32,289 nt of DNA from a virus (IMGVR_UViG_3300044641_003763:1-32289), one strand, 5' to 3'; positions 17,126-25,631 are shown, counted from the stretch's first letter. The notes: generated by a model not told the origin, from the sequence alone. Program-made: numbers and translations.

Positions 17126-17209
17126 GTCCCACACAGGACCTTAGTGATGGATTAGTTACCCATTGGATAGAGACCGTGGCGCAAGTCAGGTGAATTGCCT
17201 GTGTGGGAC
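17126..17209 (+). ncRNA. Candidate 84-nt three-way-junction ncRNA
   Basis: TGcTACAAT 17111-17119; perfect 12-bp closing stem GTCCCACACAGG/CCTGTGTGGGAC; two inner hairpins, one with a GCAA loop. Confidence 0.65.
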
Positions 17210-17236
17210 CTAATATTTTGCGGTATAATAATAACA

Positions 17237-17503
17237 ATGACTGACAAAGAGTTAGACCATTATAATAAGCAGCAGTATAAGAAGATGCTTGCTAAGATAA
17301 AAGAGGATTCTGGCTGTGTGGACTGTGGTGTTGGTAACCACATAATCCTAGACTTTGATCACATAAGAGATAAGAAGTACAATATATCCAGAATGATACA
17401 CGATGGTTTTTCATGGAAGGCTATTAAAAAAGAGATTGAAAAGTGTGAGGTGGTTTGTGCTAACTGCCACAGGATAAGGACACATTATCGTTTAAATGGC
17501 TAA
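17237..17503 (+). CDS. HNH endonuclease
   Basis: CVDC, DFDH, CANCHR; TATAAT 7 nt upstream of ATG 17237. Confidence 0.85.
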   Translation: MTDKELDHYNKQQYKKMLAKIKEDSGCVDCGVGNHIILDFDHIRDKKYNISRMIHDGFSWKAIKKEIEKCEVVCANCHRIRTHYRLNG

Positions 17504-17523
17504 GAGTATGCTATAATTTTTAC

Positions 17524-18165
17524 ATGACACTAATTACAAAAGAAGACCTGATCTCTGCTACGAAACAAAGAAGACTGCATGTTGTAGAAAATTTTTATAA
17601 AGATTTTCCTTCCTGGAAAGATATAGATGGTTTTTATGATAGTGCAAAAGAAACTGGAACTATAGACTATAACTCTTTTGGCACTATGGTTATTGAAAAG
17701 GATACAAGAGTTTTAGAATATTACAAAAAAGCAGTAGCAGATATTTCTTTGTATCATAATGGACATGTAATTTTTTCAATGATGATCATTCATTTCATAA
17801 ATAGAAACAGGAATACGATGGCAGATAAGAATCTAGCCAACCTTTTTTCAAAATTTGTTAAAGATAATTCTAAAAAGATTCCAAAAGAACTTACAGTTCA
17901 TGATTATGGGGTGGACGGATGGCCAACTGAGTCTTGGGATCCTGAAGTTCACTCAGACCAGCAAGACAGATTTTTTATTCAGGGTAGCGGACAAAGTCTG
18001 TGGAAAATTTTTCATGAAAATAAAGATTTAAACTATGAAGTATTATTAAGTGAAGGAGATGCAGCCTATATACCAAAAGGGGTTGTCCATAGTGTTGAGT
18101 CCATGTGCCCAAGACATTCTGTAAGCATAGCCTTTTCTGACGACCCAGAGATTGCCCAGGCTTAG
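17524..18165 (+). CDS. JmjC/cupin oxygenase (paralog of 15910..16524)
   Basis: HSD...FFIQGSGQSLW, GDAAYIPKG..HSVES..PRHS.SIAFSD. Confidence 0.8.
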   Translation: MTLITKEDLISATKQRRLHVVENFYKDFPSWKDIDGFYDSAKETGTIDYNSFGTMVIEKDTRVLEYYKKAVADISLYHNGHVIFSMMIIHFINRNRNTMADKNLANLFSKFVKDNSKKIPKELTVHDYGVDGWPTESWDPEVHSDQQDRFFIQGSGQSLWKIFHENKDLNYEVLLSEGDAAYIPKGVVHSVESMCPRHSVSIAFSDDPEIAQA

Positions 18166-18190
18166 TTTTAAGGCATGCTATAATAGTTAT

Positions 18191-19171
18191 ATGCTAAAAG
18201 AAGGCGACTTTGTCATGGGATCAACCTCTGAGGGGGTTGTACATGGTGTTATAGAGCACATCATGAACGAAGGTGGGATACTTGGTACCCCTGGATCAGA
18301 ATATTCCTTAGTCTCAATGCCACCAGAAAATCCAGCAATGTCAGTCAGAATACATAAAGAAGAAAACGGTACATGGAAGCCAACAGCATACAGTATTGGC
18401 ATGATGTACAAGGATGCTGAAAAAGCAGATATGGATAATCACACAATGGATTCAGAAACAGCAATGGCAATGTACGATTCACAGATGGGCAAGTCGTACA
18501 AGGAAGAAGAAGAAAAGATTAAAAAAGAATATGAGGGTTGTGGCTGTCCAATGTGTAAAGAACTAAATGTTGCATGCGAAGAATGCCCACAGTGTCAGGC
18601 TGGAGAAATGAAATCAGATTGTTGTGCTAATGTAAACAAGCAAGCACCTTGCTGGGATGGTTATGTACAGCGTGGTATGAAGCCAGGTGCAAATGGTAGA
18701 CCAGTTCCTAATTGTGTGCCTGATGCAAAAGCAGATGATCTATTTGAAGATGATGACACAGTTGAATATGAAACAGATTCAGTATCAAAGGCTGAAGGCT
18801 ACTCACCACCAGCAGGAGCAAGATCTGCTGCTCGTAGAGCAATTAAGTTTAAAGAAGATGGTAAAGCAACTGGTGCAGGAACTGCAGTTGGTTGGACTCG
18901 TGCAGGGCAGTTAGCAAGAGGAGAAACTATTTCTCTTAGTACTGTCAAGAGAATGTATTCATACTTCTCACGCCATGAGGTAGATAAGAAGGGCAAGGAC
19001 TGGGGTAACTCAGCAAATCCTTCTAACGGTTACATCATGTGGTTAGCATGGGGTGGAGACGCAGGTTTCTCGTGGTCGAGAGGAATCGTTAATCGTGAAA
19101 AAGATAAGGCTTTGTTTGCTGATTTTGGCAAGGACTACACAAAGGTACAAACAGAAAGACACTCACTATAA
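18191..19171 (+). CDS. Multi-module phage protein (Cys-rich segments plus WGGDAG domain)
   Basis: Leaderless ATG 18191; CGC..C...C..C..C; CWDGY...VPNCVP; RAGQLA.GE..S..TVKRM.S.FSRH...WGGDAG. Confidence 0.75.
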   Translation: MLKEGDFVMGSTSEGVVHGVIEHIMNEGGILGTPGSEYSLVSMPPENPAMSVRIHKEENGTWKPTAYSIGMMYKDAEKADMDNHTMDSETAMAMYDSQMGKSYKEEEEKIKKEYEGCGCPMCKELNVACEECPQCQAGEMKSDCCANVNKQAPCWDGYVQRGMKPGANGRPVPNCVPDAKADDLFEDDDTVEYETDSVSKAEGYSPPAGARSAARRAIKFKEDGKATGAGTAVGWTRAGQLARGETISLSTVKRMYSYFSRHEVDKKGKDWGNSANPSNGYIMWLAWGGDAGFSWSRGIVNREKDKALFADFGKDYTKVQTERHSL

Positions 19172-19299
19172 TGCCAAAGAAAAAAGCAACAGCGTTTAAT
19201 CCTATTCAGATTAAAGATGGATGGATTGTTAGACTGTATAAAGATGGTAGAGTTAAGTCTAAGATAGCACCATACGAACCAAAGAATCCTAAAAAGTAG
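19171..19299 (+). CDS. Small basic protein (42 aa)
   Basis: TAATG coupling; MPKKKATAFNPIQIKDGWIVRLYKDGRVKSKIAPYEPKNPKK. Confidence 0.65.
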   Translation: MPKKKATAFNPIQIKDGWIVRLYKDGRVKSKIAPYEPKNPKK

Positions 19300-20323
19300 A
19301 GTACCCCTTAAATAATTCTGCTACGTGGTGTTGAAAATGAATTCCAGGATGTGGTGAGAAATTAAGTATTTTATCATAACTATAAACAACATCAGAACCT
19401 TGTTCCCAAGAAGGATGATCAACAAGTTTAGAATTATGTGATAAATTACAAAAACTAGTTGGAAATTTGCCATCGTCTGTGTGATAGTTATCAAACTCAT
19501 CATCAGCAAACTTTATATAATTTTTTAGTTTAAAATTAGGAATTTTAACTAAAACATCCATTAACGCAGAACTTGCATTGTCCCATGTTGACCAATAAAA
19601 GTCTATTCCATGTGAATAACAAAAATTTTGTATTAGTGATATTGATTCAATAGAGTCAGATATCAACTGATGTGGTGAAAAAACATTTTCCATGTAAGGT
19701 AAACTTTTTTCTTTTGAATTAAAAAAAAGAGAATAATTTTGTTTTTTAAAAAACATTTCTTTTCTAGTACGATTATAAACGATCAAAGGTTTAAAAGAAA
19801 TCTGCCGATCCCTTTCTTCTTGTTTCCTTGGATCTATACTTTTGGTGTTATAATAAAAATCTGCATCTGATATTAAACTAGTTCTAAAAAATGGAGGAAA
19901 TAGCGCAAAAATAGTTTTTGGTTTATTATATTTTGAAACATATTTAACTATTAATTCAGATGCTTGTCTTATTGTAATACCAGGAACCCCTAAATTCAAA
20001 ACATCTTGGTTTATTTCTGAACTTAAAATACTTGGCCAAGTTCCGCTTTCTGGCACCCCAACACCAAAGGTGTAAGAACATCCTACAGCAATAATTTTAG
20101 CATCTTTTTTTAAGTTACCACGAAATCCCAACTCATTAATTGTATAATCATTGACTTCGTCGACTTGATTTACAGGACTATAAAATCCTTTAAGATCAAA
20201 TGGGTTGTCCTGGTTTGGTAAAAAACAAGAGAGTTGTTGTGTGTCTGTAAAATTATTAAGTATGTAATTACTTTTTTGATAATTTTCATAAACATTTAAA
20301 ATATTTTTATTCGATAAATCCAT
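19289..20323 (-). CDS. SGNH/GDSL-like protein, paralog 1
   Basis: N.LGFRG, GCSYTFG, NLGVPG, C-terminal HPG.H. Confidence 0.7.
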   Translation of the reverse strand: MDLSNKNILNVYENYQKSNYILNNFTDTQQLSCFLPNQDNPFDLKGFYSPVNQVDEVNDYTINELGFRGNLKKDAKIIAVGCSYTFGVGVPESGTWPSILSSEINQDVLNLGVPGITIRQASELIVKYVSKYNKPKTIFALFPPFFRTSLISDADFYYNTKSIDPRKQEERDRQISFKPLIVYNRTRKEMFFKKQNYSLFFNSKEKSLPYMENVFSPHQLISDSIESISLIQNFCYSHGIDFYWSTWDNASSALMDVLVKIPNFKLKNYIKFADDEFDNYHTDDGKFPTSFCNLSHNSKLVDHPSWEQGSDVVYSYDKILNFSPHPGIHFQHHVAELFKGYSTF

Positions 20324-20348
20324 TTTATAATTATATCATCTTGTTGTG

Positions 20349-20421
20349 TACCCCTGGCAAGAATCGAACTTGCGACGCATGGCTTAGAAGTCCATCGTTC
20401 TGTCCACTGAACTACAGAGGT
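20349..20421 (-). tRNA. tRNA-Arg(TCT)
   Basis: Acceptor ACCTCTG/CAGGGGT; anticodon loop CTTCTAA; T arm GCAAG-TTCGATT-CTTGC. Confidence 0.92.
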
Positions 20422-20422
20422 A

Positions 20423-20496
20423 TGGAGCGAGTGACCAGAATCGAACTGGCACTACCAACTTGGAAGGATGGTGCACTACCATTATGCAACACTCGC
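20423..20496 (-). tRNA. tRNA-Gly(TCC)
   Basis: Acceptor GCGAGTG/CACTCGC, discriminator U, encoded CCA; loop CTTCCAA. Confidence 0.95.
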
Positions 20497-20500
20497 TTTG

Positions 20501-20575
20501 TACACCAGGTAGGACTTGAACCTACGAATAGCCGAATTATGAGTTCGGTGCCTTAACCAACTTGGCTACTGGTGC
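20501..20575 (-). tRNA. tRNA with CAT anticodon (probably Ile2/lysidine, otherwise elongator Met)
   Basis: Acceptor GCACCAG/CTGGTGT with C4-G69 and C5-G68; CCGAA-CTCATAA-TTCGG; lacks initiator GGG/CCC pairs. Confidence 0.9.
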
Positions 20576-20581
20576 TAGTCC

Positions 20582-20725
20582 TTATGATATGAGTATGCCA
20601 AAAAGTGTTCCTATGACAAAGGAGCCAAGGGCAACGGTTGAGTAGTAATATCTCTTCATATGCTCTTTGATAATGTAACGCTTTAGATCTTTTGATATTT
20701 CTTTTAAGTCGTCAGGATAAACCAT
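20582..20725 (-). CDS. Small membrane protein (47 aa)
   Basis: SD GAAAGG; MVYPDDLKE...; C-terminal TM. Confidence 0.6.
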   Translation of the reverse strand: MVYPDDLKEISKDLKRYIIKEHMKRYYYSTVALGSFVIGTLFGILIS

Positions 20726-20739
20726 CGAACACAACCTTT

Positions 20740-20901
20740 CTATCGATTAATTACTGATAAGGCCCCAGAGATTATCTGCTGTCTAATAAATTCTTGCCTG
20801 CGTTCAAACTTTGACAGATGCGTCTTGTCTTGTATTCTTTTCTTATTTTTATTTGCTCTTTTGATCTTGTGTTGAGATACTTTATTGTTTGATTTTTTCA
20901 T
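20740..20901 (-). CDS. Small basic protein (53 aa)
   Basis: ATGA overlap; MKKSNNKVSQHKIKRANKNKKR... Confidence 0.6.
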   Translation of the reverse strand: MKKSNNKVSQHKIKRANKNKKRIQDKTHLSKFERRQEFIRQQIISGALSVINR

Positions 20902-21035
20902 TTTGATCCCTGATCTTCTGCTACATTGTCACATGGACAAATAATTGATTCTGGAAGTTCGTGCACTCTTGTTATGATCGTAATCATTGTTTCACAAGAA
21001 GAACACTTGTAAATCTTTTTTACTCTTTTATTCAT
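20898..21035 (-). CDS. Small zinc-ribbon protein (45 aa)
   Basis: TTGACT...TGgTATGAT 6 nt upstream; YKCSSC...CPC. Confidence 0.7.
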   Translation of the reverse strand: MNKRVKKIYKCSSCETMITIITRVHELPESIICPCDNVAEDQGSK

Positions 21036-21066
21036 AGTCTAATCATACCATTCTCTGTGGTGGAAG

Positions 21067-21516
21067 TCAATTCTTATTACCGTCCCAAGTTCCTATTTTT
21101 TTTGTAGGAATGTCGTGGTCTTCCCACAACCTTATCACATTAGGATTATCATCAACAGCATAGGTAACATCCCATAGTTTATTTATATTATCAAGCATGT
21201 CTTTCTTTGCTTCGTAATCTGGTCTATTGTCATCGTCTGCCCTCATAAACAACCCATGAGATCTAATGTTATTCTTAGCAAGCCACATAGACGTCAGCCC
21301 ACGATACTTTTCTTTACGAGATGTGACAACCAGGATAGAGTGTCCATCACTAACAGAATTATTTAGCATCTCAACAACCTCTACATTTGGCAGGGCATCT
21401 ATAGAAGCCTCATGAAAGGCGTTGTAGTCCCTATTAGAGCCACGAACATAGTGCAGGTATGGATCTACATTGGCTAGGGTTCCATCTACATCATATATGT
21501 GTGCTGTTGGTTTCAT
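21067..21516 (-). CDS. HAD-family phosphatase (polynucleotide 3'-phosphatase-like)
   Basis: DVDGTL, VTSR, LFMR..DD.RPD...K, VDDNP; promoter TTGACA-17 nt-TATACT. Confidence 0.88.
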   Translation of the reverse strand: MKPTAHIYDVDGTLANVDPYLHYVRGSNRDYNAFHEASIDALPNVEVVEMLNNSVSDGHSILVVTSRKEKYRGLTSMWLAKNNIRSHGLFMRADDDNRPDYEAKKDMLDNINKLWDVTYAVDDNPNVIRLWEDHDIPTKKIGTWDGNKN

Positions 21517-21568
21517 TTTTTAAGTATACCTTAGATTTTTAGATTTGTCAAATAAAGGTTTGTTGATT

Positions 21569-22582
21569 TTATTTATCTTTATCATTATATAAATTGTAAA
21601 AAAAATCTGCAATGTGCTCTTGAATGTGTATCCCTGGGTGAGTATTTTTAAATGTTTTTTCTCCATTTATAAAAGCATAATCAGAACCTATATTCCAAGA
21701 TGGATGATTTTTAAACTCGTGTTCATGGGTATGAGGACTACAAACAGAGTCTACTAGTTCACCAAGGCCCTTATTATAATATAGGCTAGGAGAGTATAAA
21801 GATGTAAAATTTTTTAATTTAAAATTTTCCATTTTGCTTAATTCGTCTAAAATATAAGAACTTGGTGAGTGCCAAGTTGTCCAATATAGTTTTATGTTGT
21901 TTGATAAACAAAATGATTCTAAAATATAGATAAGGTTTAAGGAATTTAGAATTAATTGATGTGGAGAAGTATAATCTTCTATATATTTTTGATTTTCTAC
22001 TTCCATAAAAAATGATCTATTATCTTTAACTATAGTTGGGTTAGAGTATATATATTCTAGGCTATCTCTTGTTCCCATGTCTCCTCTATTGACTTTTGAT
22101 TTATAAAATTCTTTATCTACTACAACCATACTTCTAAAAAAATCTGGCATTAAACAAAAAATTTCTTTTGGCATTTTGTTGGTCATACAATATTGAATAA
22201 TATTAGTACAAATGCTTTCTACTGAGGCTCCAGGACTGCCCAAGTTTGTGACACTTTTGTTAATTTTTTTTCCTAGTAATTCTGTCCACATTCCGAATTC
22301 TGGAACACCAAGACCAAAGGTTATGGAGCAACCAGATGCAAAGATTTCTGAATCTTCATCAATCTTTCCTCTGCAACCAATAGAATTTGTTTCATATGTA
22401 TTGACTTCATCAATTGTTTCCACAACATTGTCTTTAAAATTACGCTGAGAACTCACAATATCTTTACGAAATGGCTTATGCAGCCCAACCTCTTTTGTAT
22501 TTGAAAAAAACTTTTTTAAATACCAACTGTTTTCGTAATTTGATTTATAAAAACTTAAAATATCTCTTGTTAAAAATTTCAT
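21569..22582 (-). CDS. SGNH/GDSL-like protein, paralog 2
   Basis: GCSITFG, NLGSPG, HPGIH. Confidence 0.7.
   Translation of the reverse strand: MKFLTRDILSFYKSNYENSWYLKKFFSNTKEVGLHKPFRKDIVSSQRNFKDNVVETIDEVNTYETNSIGCRGKIDEDSEIFASGCSITFGLGVPEFGMWTELLGKKINKSVTNLGSPGASVESICTNIIQYCMTNKMPKEIFCLMPDFFRSMVVVDKEFYKSKVNRGDMGTRDSLEYIYSNPTIVKDNRSFFMEVENQKYIEDYTSPHQLILNSLNLIYILESFCLSNNIKLYWTTWHSPSSYILDELSKMENFKLKNFTSLYSPSLYYNKGLGELVDSVCSPHTHEHEFKNHPSWNIGSDYAFINGEKTFKNTHPGIHIQEHIADFFYNLYNDKDK
22079..22180. repeat. 102-bp exact direct repeat, copy 1 (copy 2 at 24464-24565)
   Basis: Base-by-base identity inside SGNH-like paralogs 2 and 3. Confidence 0.9.
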
Positions 22583-22625
22583 AATTAATTATATCATAAA
22601 AAGAAAAATTTGGTATAAGTCCTTG

Positions 22626-22715
22626 TCAGTCTTGATTTACCTTGTATGTCATAATAAAATAGCATGCCACATAGCCAGCAATAAATGCTGGGACTAAAAA
22701 AAATAAACTAATCAT
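22626..22715 (-). CDS. Small TM peptide (29 aa)
   Basis: ATGA overlap; MISLFFLVPAFIAGYVACYFIMTYKVNQD. Confidence 0.55.
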   Translation of the reverse strand: MISLFFLVPAFIAGYVACYFIMTYKVNQD

Positions 22716-22885
22716 TCGAAATCCACCTGCCTCTCAAAAATAGTAGTCATATAATTATCTTCTCCCCTTGCAATCTTTGCTGCCTCTATACGCATACCTA
22801 AAGCATTTGTAACTGATGGTTCAATAGGTATGGCCTCTATAGCCCTTGCAATTTCTTCTCGCAAGATCATATCGTCTATACTCAT
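22712..22885 (-). CDS. Hypothetical protein (57 aa)
   Basis: ATGA overlap, SD GGAGG; MSIDDMILREEIARAIEAI... Confidence 0.7.
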   Translation of the reverse strand: MSIDDMILREEIARAIEAIPIEPSVTNALGMRIEAAKIARGEDNYMTTIFERQVDFE

Positions 22886-23202
22886 TCTTTATCCTCCCAA
22901 TATGCTTTCCCAAACTCATCATAGTCATCCCAGCCAGAGTCAGACATGTCAATCTTAATCTTATCTAACTCTTCTTTCCAAGACTTCATATCTATGGTGT
23001 AATAAGTTCCCCACCACTCGTAAGGCTTATTAAGGTACTTCCACATAAATGCGTGGTATTTATAGAGAAAACCATACTCTTCATCTTCATCCATATTAAC
23101 ACACTTAACAATATGGTTGCCAGCAAACTCTCCACATATATTTCCTATCCATCGTAATGGAAGTATTTTAGTTCTTTCTGTCTTGGTTGAATGATTTATC
23201 AT
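22882..23202 (-). CDS. Hypothetical protein
   Basis: Start revised to MINHSTK because upstream small ORFs occupy the extension. Confidence 0.65.
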   Translation of the reverse strand: MINHSTKTERTKILPLRWIGNICGEFAGNHIVKCVNMDEDEEYGFLYKYHAFMWKYLNKPYEWWGTYYTIDMKSWKEELDKIKIDMSDSGWDDYDEFGKAYWEDKE

Positions 23203-23293
23203 CTTTTTCCCACACCTTCTTTCCATCCTTATAAACTGGCCAATAGCCCAATGCTCTCCAGTCCATCTTCGTAATCTTAGGCTCTCTTGGCAT
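23168..23293 (-). CDS. Small hypothetical protein (41 aa)
   Basis: MPREPKITKMDWRALGYWPVYKDGKKVWEK... Confidence 0.55.
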   Translation of the reverse strand: MPREPKITKMDWRALGYWPVYKDGKKVWEKDDKSFNQDRKN

Positions 23294-23384
23294 TTACACA
23301 CCAGACCTTTCCATCCGACATTGTTTGGTGAGAATTCCAAAACCATTCTGATTCTTTAGATAGTCCACAGACATTGCATGTCAT
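23277..23384 (-). CDS. Small zinc-finger-like protein (35 aa)
   Basis: ATGA overlap; MTCNVCG...H...WC. Confidence 0.55.
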   Translation of the reverse strand: MTCNVCGLSKESEWFWNSHQTMSDGKVWCVNAKRA

Positions 23385-23503
23385 TGTCTATGCCGTTTCT
23401 TATTTCCAAACCTAGACTTAACTTCAGCCTTAGCCTGATTTACAATGGCGTTCGTAATGTCTTCAACACTAAACTCTTGATCGAAGTTTTGTTCAGTATC
23501 CAT
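23381..23503 (-). CDS. Small hypothetical protein (40 aa)
   Basis: MDTEQNFDQEFSVEDITNAIVNQAKAEVKSRFGNKKRHRQ; coupled on both sides. Confidence 0.55.
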   Translation of the reverse strand: MDTEQNFDQEFSVEDITNAIVNQAKAEVKSRFGNKKRHRQ

Positions 23504-23702
23504 TAAGGCACTCGTTTCTTGTGTGGTATAGGCGTATCTTAGTTAAAATTTTGCGGGATGGAGCAAACAACTCTTCCTTACAACATCCACACTTCATATA
23601 CCATTCTTTAGAAAAGAAATCATACACAGCACCCTTAGCGTTAGCATACTTCTTGGCGACAAAGGTTTGAAATGGATCGGGTATATCGTAATGTCTAGGC
23701 AT
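23493..23702 (-). CDS. Hypothetical zinc-binding protein
   Basis: SD GGAG before MPRHYDIP; CGCC...H....C. Confidence 0.7.
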   Translation of the reverse strand: MPRHYDIPDPFQTFVAKKYANAKGAVYDFFSKEWYMKCGCCKEELFAPSRKILTKIRLYHTRNECLNGY

Positions 23703-23925
23703 CTCGTCTCCAGTGTAGGTAAGATCTAATATAAACAGCACCGTAGGCTACTGCTGCAAAGATAAACCCGTATTGGTCTGTTACTAAAGCATAGGCTATC
23801 CACAAGCACTCATTGAACAATAGTACGAACCATCCCCATAGAGTCTTGCGACCTACAAAGTAAATACCAGATACGCCAATGCAGGCAAGCACCCAGTGTG
23901 CGTAATCAGCAATCCATTGAATCAT
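23695..23925 (-). CDS. Three-TM membrane protein (PnuC/YgjV-like)
   Basis: Leaderless ATG 23925 (TTGACT-17 nt-TATACT); GRK..WGW...NE.LW..YA....QYG. Confidence 0.7.
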   Translation of the reverse strand: MIQWIADYAHWVLACIGVSGIYFVGRKTLWGWFVLLFNECLWIAYALVTDQYGFIFAAVAYGAVYIRSYLHWRRDA

Positions 23926-23956
23926 ATATTTAGTATATCCTAAACTGAGCAAAAAG

Positions 23957-24961
23957 TCAAACTATTGTATTATTTTGACTATATCGGCTATAAAAAAAAT
24001 CTGCCACATGCTGATGAAAATGAATTCCTGGGTGATATTCTTTTGGCGCTTTTTTATAATTTATAACAGAATAGTCAGATCCTTTTGACCAGCACAAATG
24101 ATCCTTAAATTCAGATTCGTGAAATAAATCACAATGTTTCTCTATATTATCTCTAAAACTATCTGATTTGCTAAACATTATAAAAGGTAAAAAATTTTTT
24201 AATTTGAAGTCTTTTAACTTTACTAATTCTTCCATAATTAAAGAACTCGGCCTATGCCAAGTTGTCCAATATAATTTTATATTATTTGATAAACAAAATG
24301 ATTCTAAGATATAAATATCATCTATAGCATCTAAAATTAATTGGTGTGGGGAAGTCGAGTCTTCTATATATTTTTGATCTTTTATTTGCATAAAAATATG
24401 ATTTTCATAATACATAAGGCTAGGACTACAGTAGGTTAGTTCTAAAATCTCAGACTCTTTAAGGTCTCCTCTATTGACTTTTGATTTATAAAATTCTTTA
24501 TCTACTACAACCATACTTCTAAAAAAATCTGGCATTAAACAAAAAATTTCTTTTGGCATTTTGTTATTCATACAATATCGAATAGTATTATGACAAATAG
24601 TTCGTACGGATGCTCCAGGGTTTCCTAGATTCATAACATTCTTATTGATTTTATCATTTAAAATGTTCGTCCATCTTCCATTTTCTGGAACACCAATACC
24701 AAAAGTTATAGAGCAACCAGAGGCTAAAAAATCTGCATCTTTATAAACTTCTCCACGAAGACCAATTTCATTGATTTCATATGTGTTGTCCTCATCAACT
24801 GTAGATATAAAAGCATTTTCGTTTGATTTATTATCAACAACTCCCACCTGATATGAATCATATCGTCCCACATGGCCCGTACCTGTAAAATATTTATTTA
24901 GGTATCTACTATTTTTGCTGTTATTTTTATAAAAATGTAGAATGTCTTCTGTTAAATACAT
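23957..24961 (-). CDS. SGNH/GDSL-like protein, paralog 3
   Basis: GCSITFG, NLGNPG, HPGIH. Confidence 0.7.
   Translation of the reverse strand: MYLTEDILHFYKNNSKNSRYLNKYFTGTGHVGRYDSYQVGVVDNKSNENAFISTVDEDNTYEINEIGLRGEVYKDADFLASGCSITFGIGVPENGRWTNILNDKINKNVMNLGNPGASVRTICHNTIRYCMNNKMPKEIFCLMPDFFRSMVVVDKEFYKSKVNRGDLKESEILELTYCSPSLMYYENHIFMQIKDQKYIEDSTSPHQLILDAIDDIYILESFCLSNNIKLYWTTWHRPSSLIMEELVKLKDFKLKNFLPFIMFSKSDSFRDNIEKHCDLFHESEFKDHLCWSKGSDYSVINYKKAPKEYHPGIHFHQHVADFFYSRYSQNNTIV
24464..24565. repeat. 102-bp exact direct repeat, copy 2
   Basis: Identical to 22079-22180. Confidence 0.9.
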
Positions 24962-24973
24962 CTTAGAACTCTG

Positions 24974-25489
24974 TCACAGATCAATTCTTTTTGATAATAG
25001 TTTTGTATATGGACCATAACAATCCTCTATATCATTTATATCAAAATGCTTTTCATTATACTTTTGAGAGATTTTGCTTGATCTTAAATATGTGTTTTCT
25101 TTATTGTCTTCTGTTATAGGCACAGGGATGTCTAATGGATCTATATCAAAGTTAAGATCACTGCAAATCCTTGATAATACTTTCTCTGGAAATTCTACCA
25201 GATCTTCATACTTAATAACAATGTCTGCATTTTTATATAAAAAGTTACACATATCCCGATACTCGTTATTGTATCTTTTGCTATAATCTTCATCTGGGTG
25301 ATAATGCTTTCTCATGGTCACATGAGAGTGAATAGATTCAAAAGGATCTCGTACAACAGTTATAATAAACCTATCAGGCTTCTCTGGAATATGAAAATAT
25401 TTTATATCTTTCCTACAGTTATTTAGTAGCAAATTTGACAGGTAGTTTGCCCCAGATCTAGGATATGTAACAATTACTATATTTGACAT
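24974..25489 (-). CDS. Sulfotransferase-like protein
   Basis: 5'-PSB loop TYPRSGANYL, 3'-PB RDP.ES..S, KYEDL. Confidence 0.75.
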   Translation of the reverse strand: MSNIVIVTYPRSGANYLSNLLLNNCRKDIKYFHIPEKPDRFIITVVRDPFESIHSHVTMRKHYHPDEDYSKRYNNEYRDMCNFLYKNADIVIKYEDLVEFPEKVLSRICSDLNFDIDPLDIPVPITEDNKENTYLRSSKISQKYNEKHFDINDIEDCYGPYTKLLSKRIDL

Positions 25490-25490
25490 A

Positions 25491-25616
25491 TTATGATATA
25501 AGACCCATAGAGAGATGATCTAAACAAACATCTGCAACAATATAGTCAGAGTGATCTACAACTATGTCGTAATGAGTTGCATCTTTATTGCAAAAAAAAC
25601 ACTTAGATTTTTCCAT
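25491..25616 (-). CDS. Small C3H zinc-finger protein (41 aa)
   Basis: TGgTATAAT 6 nt upstream; CFFCNKDA...DVCLDH. Confidence 0.7.
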   Translation of the reverse strand: MEKSKCFFCNKDATHYDIVVDHSDYIVADVCLDHLSMGLIS

Positions 25617-25631
25617 TTAATAATTATACCA

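Noticed and set aside
17143-17165. Fluoride riboswitch-like GTGATGG
   Set aside because: The downstream pseudoknot partner and conserved 3' elements are missing, and there is no relevant downstream gene
17037-17237. 66-aa minus ORF and the GTG extension of the HNH gene to 17195
   Set aside because: Overlap the structured RNA candidates; the HNH gene has a leaderless ATG at 17237
20341-20556. 71-aa plus-strand ORF
   Set aside because: Antisense reading of three tRNA genes
23203-23346. N-terminal extension of ORF 22882..23346
   Set aside because: Better explained by two coupled small ORFs in other frames
22079-24565. Diversity-generating retroelement TR/VR pair
   Set aside because: The copies are identical with no adenine-specific mismatches, both are mid-gene, and no reverse transcriptase is present in the window
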